Shown here: piece after piece, positions 53,930 through 64,000 of the stretch
How positions within the stretch are numbered: position 1 is the stretch's first letter
Layout: each line of letters begins with the position of its first letter
Assembly (NCBI GenBank): GCA_964016885.1
Contig: OZ024747.1
Location: forward strand, 89,218,001 to 89,282,000
Reading direction: 5' to 3'
DNA: 64,000 nucleotides
Source of the DNA: Eledone cirrhosa
Lineage: Eukaryota
The notes under the pieces: model-generated
The model's input: the letters and a program-made list of their open reading frames with translations, nothing else
Database searches by the model: none
What the model was told of the DNA's origin: nothing
Made by a program: the position numbers and the translations under genes

Positions 53930-56123
53930 TCATACAATATGTCTATAGCCTGTCTGATGGACTGTGTCTTTACAAAGATCTTACCTTATCATACAGTATG
54001 TCCATAGCCTATCTGATATAGTGCATCTATACAAAAGTCCAACCTTCTCATACAATATGTCTATAGCCTGTCTGATGTAGTGCATCTATACAAAAGTCCA
54101 GTCTTGTCATACAATATGTCTATAGCCTGTCTGATATAGTGCATCTATACAAAAGTACAACCTTGTCATACAATATGTCTATAGCCTGTCTGATATAGTG
54201 CATCTATACAAAAGTACAACCTTGTCATACAATATGTCTATAGCCTGTCTGATATAGTGCATCTATACAAAAGTCCAGTCTTGTCATACAATATGTCTAT
54301 AGCCTGTCAGATAGACTACATCTATACAAAAGTACAACCTTGTCATACAATATGTCTATAGCCTGTCAGATAGACTACATCTATACAAAAGTACAACCTT
54401 GTCATACAATATGTCTATAGCCTGTCTGATATAGTGCATCTATACAAAAGTCCAGTCTTGTCATTCAATATGTCTATAGCCTGTCTGATATAGTGCATCT
54501 ATACAAAAGTCCAGTCTTGTCATACAATAAGTCTATAGCCTGTCTGATATAGTGCATCTATACAAAAGTCCAGTCTTGTCATACAATATGTCTATAGCCT
54601 GTCTGATATAGTGCATCTATACAAAAGTACAACCTTGTCATACAATATGTCTATAGCCTGTCTGATGTAGTGCATCTATACAAAAGTCCAGTATTGTCAT
54701 TCAATATGTCTATAGCCTGTCTGATATAGTGCATCTATACAAAAGTACAACCTTGTCATACAATATGTCTATAGCCTGTCTGATATAGTGCATCTATACA
54801 AAAGTCCAGTCTTGTCATTCAATATGTCTATAGCCTGTCTGATATAGTGCATCTATACAAAAGTACAACCTTGTCATACAATATGTCTATAGCCTGTCTG
54901 ATATAGTGCATCTATACAAAAGTACAACCTTGTCATACAATGTCTATAGCCTGTCTGATATAGTGCATCTATACAAAAGTCCAGTCTTGTCATTCAATAT
55001 GTCTATAGCCTGTCTGATATAGTGCATCTATACAAAAGTACAACCTTGTCATACAATATGTCTATAGCCTGTCTGATATAGTGCATCTATACAAAAGTCC
55101 AGTATTGTCATTCAATATGTCTATAGCCTGTCTGATATAGTGCATCTATACAAAAGTCCAGTCTTGTCATTCAATATGTCTATAGCCTGTCTGATATAGT
55201 GCATCTATACAAAAGTCCAGTCTTGTCATTCAATATGTCTATAGCCTGTCTGATATAGTGCATCTATACAAAAGTCCAGTCTTGTCATACAATATGTCTA
55301 TAGCCTGTCTGATGTAGTGCATCTATACAAAAGTCCAGTCTTGTCATACAATATGTCTATAGCCTGTCTGATGTAGTGCATCTATACAAAAGTCCAGTCT
55401 TGTCATACAATATGTCTATAGCCTGTCTGATATAGTGCATCTATACAAAAGTCCAGTCTTGTCATTCAATATGTCTATAGCCTGTCTGATATAGTGCATC
55501 TATACAAAAGTCCAGTCTTGTCATTCAATATGTCTATAGCCTGTCTGATATAGTGCATCTATACAAAAGTCCAGTCTTGTCATTCAATATGTCTATAGCC
55601 TGTCTGATATAGTGCATCTATACAAAAGTCCAGTCTTGTCATTCAATATGTCTATAGCCTGTCTGATATAGTGCATCTATACAAAAGTCCAGTCTTGTCA
55701 TACAATATGTCTATAGCCTGTCTGATATAGTGCATCTATACAAAAGTCCAGTCTTGTCATACAATATGTCTATAGCCTGTCTGATGTAGTGCATCTATAC
55801 AAAAGTCCAGTCTTGTCATTCAATATGTCTATAGCCTGTCTGATATAGTGCATCTATACAAAAGTACAACCTTGTCATACAATATGTCTATAGCCTGTCT
55901 GATATAGTGCATCTATACAAAAGTCCAGTCTTGTCATTCAATATGTCTATAGCCTGTCTGATATAGTGCATCTATACAAAAGTACAACCTTGTCATACAA
56001 TATGTCTATAGCCTGTCTGATATAGTGCATCTATACAAAAGTACAACCTTGTCATACAATATGTCTATAGCCTGTCTGATGTAGTGCATCTATACAAAAG
56101 TACAACCTTGTCATACAATATGT
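53930..56123. repeat. 59-bp satellite, ~37 copies (caatatgtctatagcctgtctgatatagtgcatctatacaaaagtccagtcttgtcata)
   Basis: Highly homogeneous tandem array; degenerate precursor units from ~53555. Confidence 0.97.
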
Positions 56124-56393
56124 CACATAGACTATCACTGAGAAACTGTGTTAAGGACACACATATCCGTGGATTACTCAGTGAATTACATGTTAAGTTA
56201 ATGAGTTGGTCATCCCATCCCATTCATTGAACATCTCTAATAGTCATCATTAAAAGCAATAAAGGTCCATTTACTTAGAGATTTAAAAAAAATATAAATC
56301 ATTTGCTGTCACTAAGGAAGAAACAAACATTGGATTATCAATAATAATAATATTGATTTCTTACTTAAGTATAAGGATACACATTTACTGAGT

Positions 56394-56820
56394 TTGTGTG
56401 TGTGTATATTGCTGTGTGTGTGTGTGTTGGTGTGTGTGTGTGTTGATGTATGTGTGTTAGTGTGTGTCTGTGTTGGTGTGTGTGTGTTGGTGTGTGTCTG
56501 TGTTGGTGTGTGTCTGTGCTGGAGCATGTGTGTGTGTGGTGTGTGTGTGTGTGTGTGGTGTGTGTGGTGGTGTGTGTTGGTGCATGTGTGAGTGGTGTGT
56601 GTCTGTGTTAGTGCATGTCTGTGTTGGTGCATGTGTGTGTGTTTGAGTGTGTGTGTGTTGGTGTGTGTCTGTGTTGATGCATGTATGTGTGTCCATATGA
56701 GTCTGTGTGTATGTGTTGGTGTGTGTGTGTTGGTCTATGTATGTGTGTGTATGTGAGTCTGTGAGCATGTGTTGGTGTGTGTGTGTGTGTGTTTGTCTAT
56801 GTATGTGTTTGTCCATGTGA
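56394..56820. repeat. (TG)n-rich degenerate microsatellite
   Basis: Directly visible. Confidence 0.9.
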
Positions 56821-57399
56821 ACCTGTGCTGTGGTCAGGTAATAAAACTCCTTAAGGGGAATGACATTACATATAATAATAGAAATATGAATTGCCTGGGA
56901 AAAGTCTAGTGAAGCTTTTGTGGATATATTTAAGAGATTCAATAAATATGCTTCCAGTATTTTTGTTGGTAATTATTTTACAAGACCTGGAGGTATCTAC
57001 AAGATAAAAGATGACCCTGGTGGGATTTGAACTGTGAATTGAACAGGATGAAGTTAGATATTGTAAACCATTTAGTCTTTCTAATATTCATTCTTCTCAG
57101 TCATTTTTACAATCCTTAATGCACTATGCATTATGAAAGCATTGCTCCTATATAGGCCAGTAGAGAAAAGTAATGGCTTTGATATTGATTTAACTGTGTT
57201 TATTTGATTTTCTTCTCGTCATAAGTATAAAATGTTTTGTAATATCTCACATGGGTATTCACTTTGATCTACCACACCAAAGATCTATCGAATTACAATA
57301 GAGATCCTAGGAAAAAAAAAAATATTGTCTTGCTTATTTATGAAAATTTTATAAAGTGTATAATATACGCAAACATACTTACAGATTATGCATGTATAC

Positions 57400-57626
57400 A
57401 AATATATATATATATATAATTTATATATATATATATATCATTTATATATATATATCATTTATATATATATATATATATATCATTTATATATATATATATA
57501 TCATTTATATATATATATATCATTTATATATATATATATCATTTATATATATATATATCATTTATATATATATATATCATTTATATATATATATATATAT
57601 ATATATCATTTATATATATATATATC

Positions 57627-57663
<37 letters not shown>

Positions 57664-57720
57664 TATATATATATTATTTATATATATTTATATTATATTA
57701 TATATATATATATATATAAA
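57400..57720. repeat. (TA)n punctuated periodically by CATT
   Basis: About 10 units of catt(ta)n. Confidence 0.9.
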
Positions 57721-58163
57721 TAGATATGTACATGCGCATTCACATACACACATACACATATATAATACTAGCAGGGAAAATGGACGTTAAATAATGATGA
57801 TATATGATATATTTTATATATATACATGTTTATATATACAAATATATATATACATTTCTATACAGGAATATTAATGTATATATTTTGGTGTTTGTATATA
57901 TATATATATACAGGGTGTCCCCCAAAAAATACATACACACTTTGATTAGAATGTTGTTGAAGTATGTATACAATTTTTGGGGACACCCTGTATATAAATG
58001 TATGTGTATATGTATATATATTCATTAAAATATATTAGTTTCTGCCATTTGCTTAATTCCCCACTCCATTCAGACAGAGGGAGATAGAGAGAGAGCGGGA
58101 GAGAGAGGAAGAAAAAGGGAGAGAGAGTATGTGAGGGAGAGAGAAAGCGAGGAGAGAGTGAGT

Positions 58164-58195
<32 letters not shown>

Positions 58196-59129
58196 GAGAG
58201 TGTGTGTCAGAGTGAGTAAATAAATCAATACAGCTTCACTACAGGGTGGTATATGAATATTATCTATTACTGGTGGCTGTATTCAATATATCCTATATTA
58301 TGGCCATACATTCAAACCATCTTGTACATTTGCTCAGAATTGAGGTTTATTTAGTCATACACTGAATGGACTCTAACAGTAGATGTACTCATTTATCTTA
58401 AACCCTCAACCCACCCCACCATGTGTTCCCTTTTTTTACTTCTTTTGTTATATCTTTGTGTCTTTTTATGTTACAATATTAGAGCTGTGATCTCTCAATG
58501 TTTCTATTCCTTTTAAATTCTACGCAACATTTAAAAACCTTTAGCAGTTACATTACTCTATATTTACTATTGTATTTTCACGGTAAATGCTTTACCTCAC
58601 ATAATTATCTCACATAATATCGAATCTATGAGATTTTGATATTATTTATTTTGAGAAAAATACATCAGCATCAGTATGAGTCGCCCGTTACAGCCAGTTT
58701 GAACAGAATGAGGTGAGAGAATTCTGGCTAAAGGGTTAGGTATAGCACACTGTCATCTAAACACCATTTATATTTTCAAAATGATGGTCAATATTATGAT
58801 TGGTTTAGAATCATCAACATTTTGTATCTGTTTTCCATGCTGGTATGGGTTGGATGGATTTTCATGGTCCAAGACAAGATAGATTGGAATAACCTCATCT
58901 TGTTCATGCATGATTTATACTGTTGGATGCCCTTCCTAATATGAACCACTTTACAGGGAGCACTGGATGCATTTTATTGAGGTACAAGCACTAGAGAAAG
59001 TGTTACAAGCACTATAAAGGTTGTCATCTGCTTGGTCAGACTGAATGATCCTCTTAAGCCTTATATGTCGCCTCCAGGCTCTCATTACATTCACTTTTAG
59101 TGTCACAGTGCTTATAGTCCTACATACTT

Positions 59130-59740
59130 CTACAAAGATAGGATGATCCCAGCTGGAATGCCTGCTTGATGAAGATTGATCTGGGTTAAATAATAGTTAA
59201 GTTGAAAGAAAATCACTTCTCCTATATAGTCCAACATAATTCTAAAAGGACAGGATGAACTCCGCTGGAATGCCAGCTTGAAGAAAGTTTATCTGGGATT
59301 AAATAATAACTCACTGTTCCCATACAATCATACATACCTCTAAAAAGATGAGATGATCCCAACTGGAATGTTTGCTTGATGAAAGTTGATCTGGGGTTAA
59401 ATAATATCTAAGAAGAAAAAAACTGACTGCTCCCATATAATCCTACATAACACTAAAAAGATGAGATGATCCCAGCTAGAATGCCTGCTTGATGGAAGTT
59501 GATCTGGGGTTAAATAATAACTCACTGTCTTCATATAACCATACATACCTCTAAAAAGATGAGATGATCCCAGCTGGAATGCTTGCTTGATGAAAGTTGA
59601 TCTGGGGTTAAATAAAAGTTAAGTTGAATGAAACTCACTTCTCCTATATAGTCCAACATAATTCTAAAAAGACAGGAGGAACTCACCTGGAATGCCTGCT
59701 TGATGAAAGTTGAACTAAGTTGAAAGAAACTCACTGCTCC
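59130..59740. repeat. Diverged tandem repeat, ~100-120-bp unit, ~6 copies
   Basis: gatgatcccagctggaatgcctgcttgatgaaagttgatctggggttaaataa recurs. Confidence 0.88.
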
Positions 59741-60299
59741 CAGTGAATGTGCATAACTGCTATTATTCTCAGTACACCATCCTACCTATCATGATAACCT
59801 GTCTCTAGTTGTTAAAACACTCAAGATATATAGCAGTCTAGCCTGGACATGTTTTATGTCTTTTCCACATTATTAGTTTTAATGAAACCCCTAACTTTAA
59901 TAGAATAATTTATTATTGACTTTGTTGTTTCCTGTGATTGATTAATTAATAGATAGATAGAGATAGATAGATTGAAAGAGAAAAGAACAGAGAGAGAGTA
60001 GAGAGAGAAAGAGGGGGAGTAGAGAGAGAGGGAGAGAAAGTGAGAGAGGGAGGGAGATACATAGATTGAAAGAGAAAGGAGAAAGAGAGAGAGAGGTAGA
60101 GACTGACACACAGATAGATAGATGTATGTATGTATGCATGTATGTAAATATGTGTGTGCGCGCACACACACACACACCCTTTCCAACCCCCCTCACTTTT
60201 TTTTCCCAATATCACAGATCAATCTTAAATTACTTTTCATATGTTGATTTAAAACTCCACTATTCACAAGTGTTTTTTAACCTTCATATCATGTATCCC

Positions 60300-60370
60300 T
60301 ATTTTATCTGACGAAAACGCAAATGTCATCTCATGATGATATTTGTTTTTGAAATGCGCATAATAAAATA
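60300..60370 (+). ncRNA. Minimal type I hammerhead ribozyme (second P1 copy; element ~60220-60403, not palindromic)
   Basis: tattttat CUGACGA aaacgcaaatgtcatc-tcat-gatgatatttgttttt GAAA tgcgca UA ataaaata. Confidence 0.85.
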
Positions 60371-60474
60371 CATGGAACTCTTTTAACCATCTTTTGATCT
60401 TATATATATATATTATAATATATATATATTCATTCAAAATATTAACAAAAATAGAACTTCATTGTGATCAAGTA

Positions 60475-60541
60475 TATTTTATTATACATATTTCAGAGGT
60501 ACTGAGCTAACTTCAACAGTACGTCCTCATCAGATAAAATA
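60475..60541 (-). ncRNA. Minimal type I hammerhead ribozyme (second P2-type copy)
   Basis: Minus strand: tattttat CUGAUGA ggacgtactg..cagtacctct GAAA tatgta UA ataaaata. Confidence 0.82.
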
Positions 60542-61821
60542 AGATGATGCATGACATACCCTGACATAGTAGATGGTTAAGATCCAGTCTTGGTAGTGAG
60601 TAAGATATGACAAAACTCAATATTTATATACCTTAAGATTGATACATGAAAAAACTTACATATAATACATAAAAGAGTTTGTTTGCTCTATAAGTTTCCT
60701 CATGTATTCTTCATTGGATGGTATATGTATATCCTTGAGAGATGTCGGGAATGTGAAGAATTCCATTATTTATTAAATTTGCAATCTGATACATATATAA
60801 TACGCGAGTCCTTTGCTCCGTTATTTTTACTATATATATATTATATATATTTATATATATACTAGATGGACAAGATCGTGAAAGAGGCTCTATGAAGCTA
60901 CATAACCTGCTAGAAATAGCAGTAAAATCTTCCTCAAATAACACACCACCATCTTAAAAAGGAAGTTACACATTAACTAATGTAGTTTTAGATACACTAT
61001 GCTTGAAAAGAAAAGAAAAGCAAGTTGACCATGTATGCTAATGCTTTATCTCAACCTTTTCTATTTTTCTATTTTATCTGAGAGGATTTCACATGAACCA
61101 ACACATGATTCCCCTTCATGCCACAAAAATCCAGTAACTTATCTTTTGTTGTAAAAATTTTACAATCGAATTAGTCCTTATCATCATTTTAACGTCCGTT
61201 TTTGTTATGGCTGTAAATTGATTAAATTGTTTAAAGCATCTCCACCTCACAACTATTGATATTCTAGTGCAGATTGATAATACTGATTCTTACTAACACT
61301 GTTCTACATTGTGTTTCATCCATCTGAGATCAATAAAACAGTACTAACCTAGTACTGAAGTCATGGTTAGATTAAGTCCTTTTCAGGCCCTAAGCACTTA
61401 AAAGATTATTGTGCCCTCATGTATAAAATCTGAAAAAAAAAAAATGAATGACAAATACATATAATTTGAATAAAATAAACAGCATAAAAAACAGGAGAAG
61501 AGCCAATTATCAGATCAAAGCAAGGGAACAATGTTTCTATTACTGATACTATCTACTGGTCATAACTCCTGGCAGAAGGAGCAACATGAAATAAAGTATT
61601 TTTCTGAAGAACACAATACACTGCTGAGTCAGGAATCATACCCTTATGATACTGAATCGAACACCATAATACCTAGGCCTTGAGTCCTCCCATCCTAAAA
61701 TTGACCATCATTTTGCAAACATAAATGGTGTTTAGATGACAGTGTGTTATATTTAAAAATGATGTGTAGAATTAAAGTGGAATAGAAATATTGAGAGATC
61801 ACAGCTCTGATACTACTATAG

Positions 61822-62085
61822 ACATGTGGTTAGAATGTCTCAGGAAAGAATCACTGGACAGATTTTATGAGCAAATCCAATTGGTAGGAGACCAAGGAGT
61901 AGACCTCCCAAGAAAGATGGTTGGATTACATCCATGAGCTTGGCTGGTCATGTGTGGGGATCCAGTCGGATCAATTGGAGACGGTTGCTCCTGACAGGAC
62001 CTGCTGAAAGCTGTACTTGAGGAATCTGCCCCCACGACCCTTCCAGAAATAAATAGGCAAAGAAGAAGAAGAAAGAGAAAGAAGA
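61822..62085 (+). pseudogene. Rex3/Expander-like RTE C-terminus with (GAA)n tail
   Basis: HVVRMSQERITGQIL*ANPIGRRPRSRP/RWLDYIHELGWS..LETVAPDR. Confidence 0.75.
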
Positions 62086-62557
62086 TGTGTATTTGCAGCA
62101 ACCATTGAACATTATATTTATACTTAAGGGCGATGAATTTGCAGTATCAGTAGAGGGTCGGGCGCCATGCTTTCTAGCATAGTAACGTCCCTTTACGGTC
62201 TGAGTTCAAATCCCGTTGAGGTTAACTTTGGGGTCGATAAAATAAAGTACCAGTAATGTACTGGGTAATTGCTGGCCTTGTGCCAAAAGTAGAAACAATT
62301 TTATTTATACTTATTTATAGTAAATTTTCCACTTTACAATGGAGATGAAGTTAAGTTCAGAAAATCTGATAACTGAAATGGTGTTTGTAGAAATATTTTT
62401 ACAGCCTGATGTCTTTCTTACTACTTTCCATTTACATGTGAACTGGGATTTGTATTTAAGTAGGTTCAAGATAAGCTTGAACTTTTGTGTATGTTATACA
62501 CTTTCAGACTCATTCAAAATATGCCAAGATGATAAAAAGGATTTTAAAAATGCATCT

Positions 62558-62590
<33 letters not shown>

Positions 62591-63540
62591 AACGAAGAAA
62601 CAAAAGTAAAGAAATTATGAAAATATTCAGGAATAGGAATTTAAATTTAGTTTGGTTGTGGTTGATGTGTATAAAGGAAACTAGCATTTGTATTTTTGTT
62701 ACTGTTTGTGATAAAGTTAAATCTGTTGGTTAAATATTAAAACAGACAGATGTATAATTTTTACTTTGGGCATAAGGCATTTCATAATTTTTGAAGACAA
62801 TTTCCTGATATTTGTTTCAAAATTGAACAACAATACATACGGAATTCATAAAGTTTTGTTTATAAATTCTTTGAAATATCAAAATATTTCTTCTTTTCAT
62901 TGAAAAGTGAATTATATTTGTTTACATGATTAATTGAAAGGATGTTGAACACAATATGATATTTCCACAGGTGATACAATGTTCTCCATGTAAACAACAA
63001 TAACATTATTATTTTCTTTTTGAGATAATTGTTGACTAAATATAATCCAGATATTATTATGTAAAGCAATATTATAATTGTATATTACAGTTCAAATAGA
63101 GAAAGCTCCACTATTAAGTAGCGTTGTCAATACCTTATTCCCGAAGCTTCTGTTTGGATTTCTGCCCATTAGCCTAACAATACCATTAGTAGCTTAGTGG
63201 TAAAGCTGTTCAGCTCACAATTATAAGGTCATGTATTTGAATTCTTGACTGGATAGTGCTTTATGTCCTTCAGCAAGACACCTTACTTTTACATTGAACC
63301 AGACCAAACAGCTGGAAAAAAAATGAGTTGTGATGCCACTAATGTCAAGCTGTATTGACCTTTGACTTTCTCTTAGTCAACATAAGTGATGTGGAGAAGG
63401 GAGACTAACATATTTGGGTAACTTGGAGGTCTTCCAGAAAACCCCTTGTCCAGGCTTGTGCCATGGAGAATAATTTTCCAGTCATAATCCCATGATCTGT
63501 CATGACCAAAGGGGTATTACTAGTACTGCTGCTGCTGCTG

Positions 63541-63581
<41 letters not shown>

Positions 63582-64000
63582 GTTGCTGATGTTCCTCCTA
63601 CTACTACTACTCACGTTAAAAGATGTAGGAAATTGCTAGTGTTTTGTCTTCTGTATGTGTAGATTGTTATTGAATGTGAGGGATGGTTGGTTGTATTTAA
63701 TGGTTTTAATGTTAGTAGTGAGAAGAAAGTTGATGGGTTTGATAGTTCCTAAATTCTGAGTAGTTAATATATTGTTGAAGTAGTTTAGTTGTCTGGGGAG
63801 TTGGTGGAAGAAGTTAAGAGTAATGTCATTTTGGTATCATGTATATGTTGTTGATTAGCCCAACAGCTGCCAAGACCAAACTGCCCTAAAATGAAAGGCA
63901 TTCTATCTGGGATTGTCCCATCTTTTTATGAGCATAGTGTACCTTTAAAAATAGTTATCCATTAATTATTTTTTCCAGCCTGTAGCGTTCGAGACATTTG

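Noticed and set aside
53930-56123. CRISPR-like array or ribozyme satellite
   Set aside because: Units are near-identical with no unique spacers, the context is eukaryotic, and ctgatatag is not a hammerhead core.

Overview
AT-rich, microsatellite-saturated eukaryotic DNA with no host exon I can support. The repeat inventory suggests a coleoid cephalopod, probably octopus (inference). Nearly all long ORFs in the track are simple-repeat artefacts. The real coding remnants are retroelements: an R4/Dong-type RLE LINE (4972-7260), three RTE-clade LINEs (the two longer copies carry a PHD-like finger), Rex3/Expander-like and CRE-like fragments, and a Penelope GIY-YIG fragment. Non-coding mobile DNA includes a young non-autonomous LTR element with a perfect tRNA-Trp PBS (19310-21479), a stack of three non-autonomous Helitrons (8606-13061), TTAA (piggyBac-like) and TA (Tc1/mariner-like) MITEs, several tRNA-derived SINE families and SINE-derived satellites. 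The most interesting signal is six minimal type I hammerhead ribozyme motifs from three sequence families, all next to (TA)n tracts. Three lie in ~150-bp-arm palindromes, one family shows clear stem covariation, two families share a C-pyrimidine mismatch in stem II, and the same convergent two-ribozyme arrangement occurs at two loci 46 kb apart.
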